The translations under genes and the position numbers were made by a program. A stretch of 64,000 nt of DNA from the NCBI GenBank assembly GCA_963664225.1, contig OY760937.1, positions 3,168,001-3,232,000 of the forward strand. The letters run 5' to 3'. The notes below the pieces were generated by a model. The model saw only the letters and a program-made list of their open reading frames with translations, ran no database searches and had not been told where the DNA came from. Below are positions 36,052 through 46,481 of the stretch, piece by piece (position 1 is the stretch's first letter; the number at the start of each line of letters is the position of its first letter). The DNA comes from Verrucomicrobiia bacterium. GTDB lineage: Bacteria > Verrucomicrobiota > Verrucomicrobiia > Limisphaerales > UBA1319.

Positions 36052-36774
36052 ATGGGCGCACAATGGAAACAAGCCGGACGTGAAGCAAATGCGCAGAAGC
36101 GCGGCCAGATGGTCGTGAAGCTCGTGCGCGAAATTGTCGTGGCCGCCAAATTGGGCGGCGCGGATCCTGAGACCAACGCGCGCCTGGCGGCGGCCCTGGA
36201 AAAGGCCCGCAAGAGTTCGGTGACTCGGGACACCATCGAACGCGCCATTAAAAAAGGGTCGGGGCAGACGGATGAAAAGGTGGTTTACGAGCTGGTCACT
36301 TACGAGGGCTTTGGCCCGCACAAGGTGCCCGTGGTTGTGGAATGCCTGACCGATAACCGGAACCGCACCGCGCCGGAGATTCGTAATTTGTTCAAGGGCG
36401 GTTCCATGGGCCAGCCCGGCAGTGTCGCCTTTTTCTTTAATCACACCGGTGTGATTGAGGGGACGCACACCGATACCACCCGAGACGCGGAGACGGACGC
36501 CATCGAGGCGGGCGCGCAGGAGGTGGAGCCATTGGAGGCCGATGAAGTGCCCGAAGGCCAGAAGGGCGCGCGGTTCATGGTGGATGCGCGCGAACTGGAC
36601 CATGTGACCAAGGCCCTGAAGGCGGCGGGGTGGAAGATTCTGGCGTCGGAAATCCGCTATGTGGCCAAGAGTTTCCCCGAGCTTTCTGAATCGGCGCACA
36701 AGGAAGTCGCCGCGTTTTTGAATGGATTGGACGATCACGACGACGTTCACCGGGTCTATGCCGCGATGCGGTAG
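36052..36774 (+). CDS. yebC: YebC/PmpR family protein
   Basis: GADPETNARL, YEGFGP, VECLTDNRNRT, LDDHDDVHRVY. Confidence 0.93.
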   Translation: MGAQWKQAGREANAQKRGQMVVKLVREIVVAAKLGGADPETNARLAAALEKARKSSVTRDTIERAIKKGSGQTDEKVVYELVTYEGFGPHKVPVVVECLTDNRNRTAPEIRNLFKGGSMGQPGSVAFFFNHTGVIEGTHTDTTRDAETDAIEAGAQEVEPLEADEVPEGQKGARFMVDARELDHVTKALKAAGWKILASEIRYVAKSFPELSESAHKEVAAFLNGLDDHDDVHRVYAAMR

Positions 36775-37084
36775 GTTTTGTCCCTGCTGGGAAAAGTGGG
36801 TTTGAGGTCGGTGGACTGTTCCCCTCGATCCGGTCGATCGGGCCGGGGCTGCGCGTGATGCCGCGGTCGCTTCGTTTCCAATGAGTTAAATCCCCGGACT
36901 CAACATGCAATAATGCGGGAGGCCCCTCCCCCCAACAAGGGGCGCGTTACATTAAGTTTGATAATGCGCCGACAGCGGTTATAAATGCCGGTCATAAGAC
37001 CGGGTTTAAAACTGTGTGCGCTGGCATTGCATTCAGGATTCCTGATCGTTCAGGAATGGTTCGCCCGGAACAGGATTAGTAATT

Positions 37085-38365
37085 GTGACAACCAGAGCTT
37101 TGAGTTCAGACGAACCCCGCCGGCGCGCGGTCATTACCGGCATCGGCGTAGTGGCCCCCAACGGACAGGATGTGGATACCTTCTGGCGTTCCGTTCGCGA
37201 TGGGCAAAGCGCGGCGGATTGGATCACGCAGTTCGATACAACGGCTTTTGCGAACAAGATCGGGGCGGAGATACGGGATTTCGATTGCACCTGGTTTCTG
37301 GACGCGAAGAAGACGCGGCGCTACGACAAATGCATTAAGTACGCCATTATTGCGGCCGCCAAAGCGGTGAAAGATTCCGGCGTGGACATCGCCGCCATCG
37401 ATGCCGACCGGCTGGGGGTCGTGGAAGGCACAACGGCCAGCGGGTTGGACAGTGTGTTCAAAGCGCACAGGCCGTGGGTTCTGGGCAATCTCAAGAATGT
37501 GAATCCCATTCTTGTCATCAATGGGTTTGTGGGAGAGGGGAGCAGCGCCGTGGCCCTTGAACTGGGACTGCATGCCCATGCGATCACGTTATGCAGCGGG
37601 TGCTGTTCGAGCAATGACGCCATCGGGTACGCATTGGACATGATCCAGGATGACGAAGCCGATGTGATGATCGCGGGCGGGGCGGACGCGCACGTCATGT
37701 CGGAGTTGTGGGCTTGCTTCTCCTCGTTGGGGGTGATGACGGAGCAGAAGGAGAATCCGAAGGGGTCCATGCGGCCCTTTAACCGGCAGCGGGATGGATT
37801 CGTGCTGGCGGAAGGCTCGGTTTTCCTGGTGGTGGAGGAACTGTCGCACGCACTGGCCCGGGGCGCGCGCATTTACGCGGAATTGCTGGCGCATGGACGG
37901 AGTTGCGAGGCGCATCATTCGGTGGATCTGCACCCGGAGGGAGTAGGCACGGTGCGGGCGATGGAGAAAGCGATGAAGAAAGCGCGCCTTGAGCGCGAGC
38001 AGATACAATATATCAATGCGCACGGAACGGCCACCAAGACCAATGACCCGATCGAAACGAAGGCGATCAAGAAATTCTTTGGGGCTCACGCTTATCGCCT
38101 GGCGGTCAGTTCCACCAAACCGATCACCGGCCACATGATGGGTTCGGTGGCTGCAGCGGAAACGGCGATCTGCGCCTTAAGCCTTTTCCACGAGGTTATT
38201 CCGGCGACGATCAACCTTACAGAACCGGCGGCCGGTTGCGATCTGGATTACGTGCCCAATGTGAGCCGGCCTTATCCAATCAAGTATGCCCTGAATCTGA
38301 GCAGCGGGTTTGGAGGGAAAAATTCCTGCCTGGTTCTGGGGTGTTATACCCCGGGCGCAGAATGA
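37085..38365 (+). CDS. FabF-like beta-ketoacyl-ACP synthase
   Basis: VITGIGVVAPNG, CSGCCSS (catalytic Cys region), RDGFVLAEG, YINAHGTAT, GHMMG, GFGGKN. Confidence 0.88.
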   Translation: MTTRALSSDEPRRRAVITGIGVVAPNGQDVDTFWRSVRDGQSAADWITQFDTTAFANKIGAEIRDFDCTWFLDAKKTRRYDKCIKYAIIAAAKAVKDSGVDIAAIDADRLGVVEGTTASGLDSVFKAHRPWVLGNLKNVNPILVINGFVGEGSSAVALELGLHAHAITLCSGCCSSNDAIGYALDMIQDDEADVMIAGGADAHVMSELWACFSSLGVMTEQKENPKGSMRPFNRQRDGFVLAEGSVFLVVEELSHALARGARIYAELLAHGRSCEAHHSVDLHPEGVGTVRAMEKAMKKARLEREQIQYINAHGTATKTNDPIETKAIKKFFGAHAYRLAVSSTKPITGHMMGSVAAAETAICALSLFHEVIPATINLTEPAAGCDLDYVPNVSRPYPIKYALNLSSGFGGKNSCLVLGCYTPGAE

Positions 38366-40527
38366 ATTTTTACGTAATCACCACGATCACGGCGGCGATT
38401 TTTCATCTGCTGCTGGTTGGATTCGTCCTCAGTCAGAATCTTCGTTCGAGCGTCAACCGCGTTTACGCCTTTTGGGGCGGGACATTGACGCTGTGGAATC
38501 TGGTCTGCTACATGAAGTACCAGGCCTATGTGAACCACAACGAACATTCGGGCCGGATATGGCTTCAATTCGTGCATCTGAGTGTCATAATGTTGCCCCT
38601 CGCATTTTACCACCTCTACTTCCTGATCGCTCGCGTCAAAAAACCGATGGTGCTGGGCGCGTTTTATTTCGTGACCGCATGTTTTGCGGTCAGTGTCTTT
38701 ACCCCTTATTATATTCGCAGCATTTATGGAACGCCGTTTGGCTATGTCGTCAAGGGAGGTCCGGCGTTCTATTTGTTCATGGTGGCCTATTTCATCGTCG
38801 GAATTGTCACGATTCCGGTTCTTTATTTCCATCAAAAGAGACTCGCGCCCATGCACCGCAACCGGCTGCGTGCCCTGCTTTTGGCTTTCACCATGTTCGT
38901 CCTGTCAGGAATGCACGACATGGTGCTGGTCCTGGGCAAGACAAAATACCCGTTGTTGGGATTCCAGATTTATCCGGTGGGAAACCTGACAGCGATTTTT
39001 TTAGGCCTGGTGGTGGCGTATAGCGTGCTTCAACATCAAATGTTGAACGTTCATGTGACCTTGAGCCGGTTTGCGGCGCAATTAGTGCGGGTGATGTTCA
39101 TCTTCTTATTGGGCCTTCTTTGCCTCATGATTATGTATCTCATTGCGCCGGCCAAATTCTCACCGTTCTCCTTATTCAGCGGGTTGTTTGTCCTGCTCGT
39201 TTCAGCAACGTTAACGTCGGTTTTGTTTCCGCGTTTTTTTGGCAAGGGTGAGGAGACGCTGGAACGCCGGATTTTGGGCGACCGCTTCGAATATCAGGAT
39301 CGGGTGCGCGGATTTATTCAGACGATTCCGCTATACGCCGATTCGGAGCTGCTGATTTCCGACCTGCACGGTCTGTTGGTCAACACCATGGGGGTGAAGA
39401 CCTACCAGATCATTCTCCTGGATGAGGCCAGGCGGGAGTTCTCGATGTTCCGGGCCGAACCGCCCGCGTTGCACGATAAAATCCCGGGACTGAGCCTCAA
39501 TTCGCCCATTTTCCACTTTTTCCAGAGCTCCAATGCCGATTTTCTGGCCTATAAACTCGCCTATGCGCTGCCGGGGGAGACGGAGGTCGAGCGGAACGCG
39601 CGCAAAGTGCTCGTGGAATACGATCCGGAATTCTGTTTTCCACTCACCGCCGAGGGCATGCCTTTCGGCCTTTTGCTGATTGGCGAAAAAACGTCCAGCG
39701 AACCTTATACCACCCAGGACATCAAACTCCTGGTCGAAATGGTTAAGAACCTGGGTCTGGTGCTCAACCAGATCCGGCTCAAGAAGCAGATTCTTCTCAG
39801 TGAGGAAATGGAATTGATGGGCACGATGTCCCGGGGGATCGCCCATGATTTGAACAACCTCCTCACTCCCGTATTCACCTATCTGCAACTGGCCGAGTCG
39901 GGTTTCCAATCCGAGGAAATGCGCACGGATTTGCTTCCCTCAGCCATGCGCAACACCCAGGCGATCCGCAATTACGTGTCCGAGGCGCTGTTTTTCTCCA
40001 AGACGCAGAGGCTCCAACTGCAACTTGTGCCATTGGACAAAGTGGTTCAGGCGGCGGTGGCGCTGGCGCAAAGGAGCTTGAAGGAAAAGGGGATCGCCCT
40101 ATCTGCGGAGACTCAGCCGGGGATCGAATTGGAAATTGACGAAGTGCTGATTCAGCGGCTGATTGGGAATTTGATCAGCAACGCCATTGACGCCTCCGCT
40201 GAAGGAACGAGAATCACAGTCCAGGTGCTGCGGCTGGGAAAAACGGAGGCCGCGCGGGATTGGTATCGGCTCTGCGTTTCCGATCAAGGCGAGGGGATCA
40301 GCCCGGAGAATCTAAAGAAAGTGATCACTCCCTACTTCACAACCAAGGACTTGGGGAGCCAGACGCGGGGCTTTGGATTGGGGCTTGCCATTTGCCGTAA
40401 AATCGTGCATCTCCATGGAGGACAATTAACTATCGAGAGCGAGTTGCACATTGGCACCAAAGTAAATGTGGATTTACCAAGTCGGCAAATGATCCAACCC
40501 GATGTGGCTGTTGCCGCTAAAGCATGA
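38362..40527 (+). CDS. Membrane sensor histidine kinase (multi-TM N-terminus, GAF, HisKA, HATPase)
   Basis: ATGA overlap with the KAS gene; AHDLNNLL, NLISNAIDA, DQGEGI, FTTK, GFGLGL. Confidence 0.9.
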   Translation: MNFYVITTITAAIFHLLLVGFVLSQNLRSSVNRVYAFWGGTLTLWNLVCYMKYQAYVNHNEHSGRIWLQFVHLSVIMLPLAFYHLYFLIARVKKPMVLGAFYFVTACFAVSVFTPYYIRSIYGTPFGYVVKGGPAFYLFMVAYFIVGIVTIPVLYFHQKRLAPMHRNRLRALLLAFTMFVLSGMHDMVLVLGKTKYPLLGFQIYPVGNLTAIFLGLVVAYSVLQHQMLNVHVTLSRFAAQLVRVMFIFLLGLLCLMIMYLIAPAKFSPFSLFSGLFVLLVSATLTSVLFPRFFGKGEETLERRILGDRFEYQDRVRGFIQTIPLYADSELLISDLHGLLVNTMGVKTYQIILLDEARREFSMFRAEPPALHDKIPGLSLNSPIFHFFQSSNADFLAYKLAYALPGETEVERNARKVLVEYDPEFCFPLTAEGMPFGLLLIGEKTSSEPYTTQDIKLLVEMVKNLGLVLNQIRLKKQILLSEEMELMGTMSRGIAHDLNNLLTPVFTYLQLAESGFQSEEMRTDLLPSAMRNTQAIRNYVSEALFFSKTQRLQLQLVPLDKVVQAAVALAQRSLKEKGIALSAETQPGIELEIDEVLIQRLIGNLISNAIDASAEGTRITVQVLRLGKTEAARDWYRLCVSDQGEGISPENLKKVITPYFTTKDLGSQTRGFGLGLAICRKIVHLHGGQLTIESELHIGTKVNVDLPSRQMIQPDVAVAAKA

Positions 40528-42527
40528 AAACGTTGCTGGTCCTGGGGAAAAACCCCGCGCTTGCCGCCTCCTTAAGGACGGTGCTGGACCCGCAAGCTTA
40601 TCGTGTTCTGGCCAAAGGCGAGGTGTGGGAGGCGGAGCCGCTTTTACGTCCCGGATTGATCGATGCCTTCGTGTTGGACGCCGACCAATCCTCGATGCAG
40701 CCCCTGCACATGGTCCAGAGGTTGCGCCGGGCGATCACCGGCTGCCCGATTTTTATTTTCACCGAGTCCCAGCCGTGGACCTGGGAGGAGGAAGCGTATC
40801 TCGAAGGTGTCAATCAGGTGCTGACCAAACCGCTGAGGGGCCGACTCTTTAACGCCATCCTTGAGCGACTTTGGGCAGCGACGCCGCCCCCCGTGAGCGG
40901 CGCCCTTCCGACGGTGAAAGCCCCCGAACGGGCGGAGAGCGATCCGGCCCAGAGCATGAGCCACACGCTGGGTGTGTTGCGGGATTTCTCCGCGGTATTA
41001 AGCCACAGCCTCTGTTCGGAAGCGCTGCTCAAGCAGTTCCTGCTGATGCTGCGGGAGATCATGGGGGTGAATCGGGCGGCGATATTCCTGCGCCAGCCGC
41101 CCCCCTCGCTTAATCCCACAGGGGATCCGGGCGAGGACCGCCAGATGCCTTCGGCGTGCGCGATCGGCATTGCGCCCGAATTTCTGCAGCACTTTGCGTT
41201 ATCCCTTGAGGCGGGCATTGGCGGCTATGTGTTCCGCAGGGGGCGCATTTTAAAGAGTCAAAGCGAGGATGCCCTGCGGGATGTGGAACTGCAAAAGGAG
41301 TTTGAATTGCTGGGGGCGCAGGTGGCGATTCCGATCCTGGACCGCGAATCGCTCATTGGGGTGGCGGTGTTCGACAGCCCGCTCACGGGAGAGCCGTTCA
41401 CCAACGAAGTGCTGGCGCTGGCTTTTCATTTGCTGGAGCAATTGGGCCTGGCCATCAAGAATAGCTGGCTTTACGACCAGCTTTCCGCCAATCACGAGAT
41501 GATGACGGACATCCTCAGCCAGCTGGCCAGCGGCTGTGTGGTGGTGGGCCGCAATCTCGAGATCCTCCATGCCAATCGCATGGCCCGCTCCCTTTTCTCG
41601 CAACGGGAAGGCTACGTGCTGGCGCTGGACTTTTGCGAATTGCCCCAGACGCTGGGAAGCAAGGTTTTCGAGGTGCTCAAAACCGGCAAGGCCGCCCCTT
41701 CGTTCAAGTATCGTCAAAATCAAGGGGGCGAGAAAATTTTCGAGATTCTCATCAGTCCTTTCCACCGGCGCAATGCCAACTCGCCAAGCGCCGCATTGGT
41801 GCTGATCGAAGATGTCACGCAGATCGAGCGCACGAAGGAGCTGGAGATCGAGTCGGCCAATCTGCGTCTGATGGCCGGCATGTCCGAACATCTGGCCCAC
41901 GAAATAGGCAATGCCCTGGTGCCCGTTTCCACGCATCAGCAGCTCCTCAACGAACGTTGGTCCGATCCCGAGTTTCGCGACAGCCTCAACCTTGCCATGG
42001 GCGACAGTGTTCATCGCATTGGGCGCCTGGCCCGGCAAATGTTGTATCTGTCCCGGGACAAGTTTGAAAAGATGGAGTCGATTCCTCTCGAATCGCTCAT
42101 TTCCGAGGCCTTTGCGGTGGCCCAAAACAACCAGAGCGCCAGGCAGGCGAAATTGGTGTTTGAGAAGAGAGAGTCCTTCACTCTGGCCGGGGATAAAGCC
42201 GCGTTAAGGCACGCGCTATCGGAAATCTTGCTCAATGCCATTCAGGCCAGCCCGGAAGCTCCCGAGGCCCGCATTCGCATTCACCGGGGCACCAACGGCC
42301 ACAGCCAGCTCGTCCAGATCGAGGTCCGGGATGGCGGTCCGGGATTCACCGCGGACGCGATGCGCTGCGCCCAGCAACCCTTCTTCTCAACCCGCAATGT
42401 TGGAGTCGGCCTGGGGTTGACTGTCAGCCGCAAGATCATCGAGGGCCACCACGGGATACTCGATGTGGGCAGTGGAGAAACAGGCGCCAATGGCATCGTA
42501 TGCGTGTCCCTGCCCGTCAAAATCTGA
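40524..42527 (+). CDS. Cytoplasmic histidine kinase (receiver-like, GAF, PAS, HisKA, HATPase)
   Basis: ATGA overlap; AHEIGNAL, LLNAIQA, DGGPG, GVGLGL. Confidence 0.87.
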   Translation: MKTLLVLGKNPALAASLRTVLDPQAYRVLAKGEVWEAEPLLRPGLIDAFVLDADQSSMQPLHMVQRLRRAITGCPIFIFTESQPWTWEEEAYLEGVNQVLTKPLRGRLFNAILERLWAATPPPVSGALPTVKAPERAESDPAQSMSHTLGVLRDFSAVLSHSLCSEALLKQFLLMLREIMGVNRAAIFLRQPPPSLNPTGDPGEDRQMPSACAIGIAPEFLQHFALSLEAGIGGYVFRRGRILKSQSEDALRDVELQKEFELLGAQVAIPILDRESLIGVAVFDSPLTGEPFTNEVLALAFHLLEQLGLAIKNSWLYDQLSANHEMMTDILSQLASGCVVVGRNLEILHANRMARSLFSQREGYVLALDFCELPQTLGSKVFEVLKTGKAAPSFKYRQNQGGEKIFEILISPFHRRNANSPSAALVLIEDVTQIERTKELEIESANLRLMAGMSEHLAHEIGNALVPVSTHQQLLNERWSDPEFRDSLNLAMGDSVHRIGRLARQMLYLSRDKFEKMESIPLESLISEAFAVAQNNQSARQAKLVFEKRESFTLAGDKAALRHALSEILLNAIQASPEAPEARIRIHRGTNGHSQLVQIEVRDGGPGFTADAMRCAQQPFFSTRNVGVGLGLTVSRKIIEGHHGILDVGSGETGANGIVCVSLPVKI

Positions 42528-42651
42528 GTGGAAGGCCGAAATCCGCCCAGGCTCCAGCGAACGGTGAATCTGCCGGGGGCGAAAGAAGCCGTTCCTCCAG
42601 CCGCCAGCGGTTGAGACCGTGGTTCACCCGTGTCGGTTCCAACTTCGACTT

Positions 42652-43866
42652 ATGAAAAACCTTGTTTTCGCCTTTTTAATGGGGACCTTTGCTGTTGGCG
42701 CCGCCGATTCGGCCACGCCGCAATTGGAAGTGCCAAAGAATCTTTATTCCCAGTGGTCCAATGGGCCTTCGGCAGCCCCATCCTTTTTCCCGATTGCCGT
42801 CTGGCTCCAATCCCCGGCCAACGCGCCCCAGTATTTGAAAGCGGGGTTCAACACTTTCGTCGGCTTGTGGAACGGCCCGACCGAGGAGCAACTGGCCACG
42901 CTCAAGAAGCACGGGATGAAAGTCATTTGCGACCAGAACGAAGTGGGTCTGAAGCATCTGGACGATCCCATCATCATCGGCTGGATGCATGGGGATGAGC
43001 CGGATAACGCGCAATCCCTGGGGTCGGATCACGGTTATGGACCGCCCATCCCGCCCTCCAAGATCATCGCCAATTACCAACGGATACGTGCGGCCGATCC
43101 GTCACGGCCGGTGATGCTCAACCTGGGGCAGGGTGTGGCGTGGGATGGCTATTACGGACGGGGCGTGCGCACCAACCATCCGGAGGATTACCCCGAATAC
43201 ATCAAGGGCTGCGACCTGGTTTCGTTCGATATTTATCCCGTGACGCACGAATCCCCCCAGGTGGCGGGCAAGCTCTGGTATGTTCCGCAGGGCGTGGAGC
43301 GCCTGAACGGCTGGAGCCGGGGAACGAAAGTCGTCTGGAATTGCCTGGAATGCACGGCGATTGAAAGCACCACCCACAGGCCCACACCACAAAATCTGCG
43401 TTCCGAGGCCTGGATGTCCCTGATTCGCGGTTCCCGGGGGCTCATTTATTTTGCGCATGAATTCAAACCGAAATTCGTGGAGGCGGGATTGCTGAAGGAT
43501 CCCGAAATGCTGGCTGCGGCCACCGCCCTGAATCATCAAATCACCTCGCTAGCCCCCGTTCTCAACAGCCCGTCACTGCCGGGGGCGGTCACCGTTCAGT
43601 CGCGCAATGCGGAGGTGCCCATTGCCGCAATGATCCGACGCCTGGATGGGGTGACTTATGTATTCGCAGTTGGCATGAGGGATGGCCGCACCGAGGCGGA
43701 ATTTCAGTTACGGGACCGTACCGGCGAAACGCCTGTGGAAGTCCTGGGAGAAAACCGCAGTCTTACCTCCAGGGACGGACGGTTCACCGACGCCTTCGGC
43801 CCATGGGATGTGCGGATTTACAGGCTTGGGGACCGCAGCGCGTCCGCAGGGTCTGGAACAAAGTAA
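42652..43866 (+). CDS. Secreted glycoside-hydrolase-like (TIM barrel) protein
   Basis: Signal peptide; GWMHGDEPDN, SFDIYP, WMSLIRGSRGLIYF. Confidence 0.65.
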   Translation: MKNLVFAFLMGTFAVGAADSATPQLEVPKNLYSQWSNGPSAAPSFFPIAVWLQSPANAPQYLKAGFNTFVGLWNGPTEEQLATLKKHGMKVICDQNEVGLKHLDDPIIIGWMHGDEPDNAQSLGSDHGYGPPIPPSKIIANYQRIRAADPSRPVMLNLGQGVAWDGYYGRGVRTNHPEDYPEYIKGCDLVSFDIYPVTHESPQVAGKLWYVPQGVERLNGWSRGTKVVWNCLECTAIESTTHRPTPQNLRSEAWMSLIRGSRGLIYFAHEFKPKFVEAGLLKDPEMLAAATALNHQITSLAPVLNSPSLPGAVTVQSRNAEVPIAAMIRRLDGVTYVFAVGMRDGRTEAEFQLRDRTGETPVEVLGENRSLTSRDGRFTDAFGPWDVRIYRLGDRSASAGSGTK

Positions 43867-43938
43867 TCGGAACATGGAGAGTTTCCGCGTCGAAACTTCC
43901 CGCTTGTCCGTTGTTCGCGCATCGGCACAATAACGGGC

Positions 43939-44244
43939 ATGGCACAGATGGATTGCATTGCGGCGTTAAAGGCATTGGGCGAGGCCAATCGCCTGCGTAT
44001 CCTGCGCCTGCTGCTTAAAAGCGAGCTTGACGTTAACGGTATCGCCGAGACGCTGGCCATTTCCCAATACAACGTCTCCAAACATTTGCGCGTGTTGCGT
44101 GAAGCCGGATTTCTCGAAATGAAGAAACAGGGCCAGCAACGCCTCTATTCCCTCACCCCATCCTTGCGGGCGCATCTGGCGCACAACCGCAATGTATTGC
44201 GGCTGGATTGTTGCACGTTCGATTTTGACAAGCTGCCGCAGTAG
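43939..44244 (+). CDS. ArsR/SmtB family regulator
   Basis: LKALGEANRLRIL..VSKHLRVLREAG. Confidence 0.9.
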   Translation: MAQMDCIAALKALGEANRLRILRLLLKSELDVNGIAETLAISQYNVSKHLRVLREAGFLEMKKQGQQRLYSLTPSLRAHLAHNRNVLRLDCCTFDFDKLPQ

Positions 44245-44252
44245 CCGATTCA

Positions 44253-44283
44253 AGCTATTGCAAATAAGTTGGTTGCAATAGCT
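44253..44283. promoter_or_regulatory. Perfect 11-9-11 inverted repeat (possible operator)
   Basis: AGCTATTGCAA-N9-TTGCAATAGCT. Confidence 0.45.
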
Positions 44284-44435
44284 CCACCCTCCGGGTTCCT
44301 CCGTGGCTAACTTTACAAACCGGGCATCATGGATTACTGTGAGCGTGGCAGTTAATTGAGATCGATCGTGCCTCCGGCGGTTTTCCCGCCTTTGGAATGA
44401 ATTCCGGTTTCGTTGGGATTGGAAATGGAAATATT

Positions 44436-44843
44436 ATGAAGACAATGGCTCCAGTGAACCCTGCAAAGAAAGCGGCTCCGAAATTAGGGGTAAAGCCTGC
44501 GGCATCGGTTGCGGCGGCTCACCTGAAAAACCGCGGCATAACCCCGCTACTCGGGAAGAAATTGATCCCTGTGGTCAAAAGCCATGTCAAGATCGCCAAA
44601 CCTCAGCCTCCCCAGATCGAAGACCGCGAGGAACCCAAGCCATTGCTCCAGTGGCCTGCGGACGCTCTTTTGCGCGAGACGACCCGTAACCTGATGGCCA
44701 TTAAGAATGCCGGGGTCGAATACGAGAGTATTGGAGATTATTTTAACAGCGGCGATCTCGCCTACCAATTGCAGGAAATCCTGCGCAATATCCAGGAGCT
44801 GAGCCGCAAGACTCAGCGGATTCGCGAAGCAAAGAATTCTTAA
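44436..44843 (+). CDS. Hypothetical protein with basic N-terminus
   Basis: Plausible ORF; no recognised motif; start uncertain. Confidence 0.55.
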   Translation: MKTMAPVNPAKKAAPKLGVKPAASVAAAHLKNRGITPLLGKKLIPVVKSHVKIAKPQPPQIEDREEPKPLLQWPADALLRETTRNLMAIKNAGVEYESIGDYFNSGDLAYQLQEILRNIQELSRKTQRIREAKNS

Positions 44844-44937
44844 CAGCCGCTTGGAGTAGGATTTTCAGGAGTGATTCAATGCTTGGCCTGTTCTTGGATG
44901 GGCCGATGTGTTTATGCCCATCGTAACAGCCACCACT

Positions 44938-45351
44938 TCATTCCCCTGAAACCTGTTTGCGGAGTTTCTTTTTGAACGAATTGTGGGATTTGTTCGCAAG
45001 AATGCGCTCCTTGGCGCTGCGGCTGCGGCCACGTTTTTGGCGACGTAGTTTCTCCTTTTCAGAGCGTGCAGCGTCGGCCCGTTCGCGTCGGATCGCCTCG
45101 ATTTTATCAAGGAGCAGACTGCGCGCAAGCAGGCGGTTCAATCCCTGCTGGCGGGTGGTTTGACACTTCACCTGCAGACCCGTCGGCAGGTGGGTCAACA
45201 TGACGCAGGTGGAGGTCTTGTTCACGTTTTGGCCGCCGTGGCCGCTGGATCTCACAAACGTCTGCCGCACGTCGGATTCCGACACCCCCAAAGTTTCCAT
45301 GCGGTGCAGGATCTGCGCCTCCTTGTCTGGAATGGTTTTTGCGTCGTTCAT
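44938..45351 (-). CDS. Short GGQ peptidyl-tRNA hydrolase (ArfB/C12orf65-like)
   Basis: RSSGHGGQNVNKTST, HLPTG, basic tail RRQKRGRSRSAKERIL..KKKLRK. Confidence 0.85.
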   Translation of the reverse strand: MNDAKTIPDKEAQILHRMETLGVSESDVRQTFVRSSGHGGQNVNKTSTCVMLTHLPTGLQVKCQTTRQQGLNRLLARSLLLDKIEAIRRERADAARSEKEKLRRQKRGRSRSAKERILANKSHNSFKKKLRKQVSGE

Positions 45352-46481
45352 GATTGCTCCCCATATTTTGGCTGGCGGACTTTGTAGGTCAGCAGTGGAC
45401 AGAGCGTGGCCACCACCTCGATCAATCCGGCATCCACCAGCGCGCCAATGACGGTCTCGATCTTCTTATACGCCACCGGCGCTTCCTCATACAGCAAATC
45501 GCGATCCTCACAGATCACCCGGCTGCCCAACTCGGTTTGCACCAACTGTTCCGGGCGAAACCGGTCGCGCACCCGGGCACGCGTATCACCCCGGGTCCAC
45601 TTGCGTCCAGCCCCATGGGCCAGCGACCAGCCATGGGCGGCGCCATCGCCCAGCGGCTTCACCAGATAGCTCAGGGTTCCACGGGAACCGGCAATGACCA
45701 GCACCGGAGCTTCGGAAGGGGTCGCGCCCTTGCGATGAACGCACAAGGTCCGGTCTCCCTCGCGCCGGAGTGTCAGGCTGTTATGGCAACTGTCGCAAAC
45801 CAGTTTGTGGCCGCCACCCATCTGCTCCATCCAGCGCCGGGCAATCAGGGACCGGTTGCCTCGCGCCCAACGCACCGCCTGATCATGCTGTTCCAAATAG
45901 GTCCGGGCATCCCCGGAATCCAGGGGAACGCCTGCCGCCGCATGCTTCTCCACATAGCCGCGCAAAATGGATTCCCCTAAACCGCGCGAACCGCTGTGCA
46001 CCAGCAAACATATTCGATCCTTGTCCAATCCCAATTGTTGCCACACCCCGGGCGAATCCACCGATTCGATGCGCTGCAATTCAGCAAAATGGTTCCCGCC
46101 GCCGATGGTGCCCAGGCTCGCGTCAAAAGGGGTTTCCGTGATGCCTTCATCCTGACGCCACTGGTCCAACAACCCTTCCCAGGGGGATTCCAATCCGCTC
46201 AAGCGTCCGGCCCATCGGTCGAGTTTGACTTTGCGCAAAGGGATATCGGTCTGCCAGAAACCCATGCCGCAGCCGATGTCGTTGCCGATCAGGTAGGGAT
46301 AAATCCGGTCCGCCGCCACAAATGCCGCGCCCACCGGGTGGCCTTTGCCGGGATGCAAGTCAGGCAGTCCAACGGCCAGCACCATTCCCTCCAGCAGTGC
46401 GGTTTGTTCGAGTTGTCTGACGGCTTCGCCTTCCATCCAGACCTTGGAGGAGGCGATGAGACGCACGTGATTAGTTTGCAT
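45348..46481 (-). CDS. rtcB: RtcB2-type RNA ligase
   Basis: WMEGEAVRQL, GLPDLHPGKG, GNDIGCGM, GTIGGGNHFAE, VHSGSRG, HRKGATP, SLAHGAGR, EEAP. Confidence 0.92.
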   Translation of the reverse strand: MQTNHVRLIASSKVWMEGEAVRQLEQTALLEGMVLAVGLPDLHPGKGHPVGAAFVAADRIYPYLIGNDIGCGMGFWQTDIPLRKVKLDRWAGRLSGLESPWEGLLDQWRQDEGITETPFDASLGTIGGGNHFAELQRIESVDSPGVWQQLGLDKDRICLLVHSGSRGLGESILRGYVEKHAAAGVPLDSGDARTYLEQHDQAVRWARGNRSLIARRWMEQMGGGHKLVCDSCHNSLTLRREGDRTLCVHRKGATPSEAPVLVIAGSRGTLSYLVKPLGDGAAHGWSLAHGAGRKWTRGDTRARVRDRFRPEQLVQTELGSRVICEDRDLLYEEAPVAYKKIETVIGALVDAGLIEVVATLCPLLTYKVRQPKYGEQS

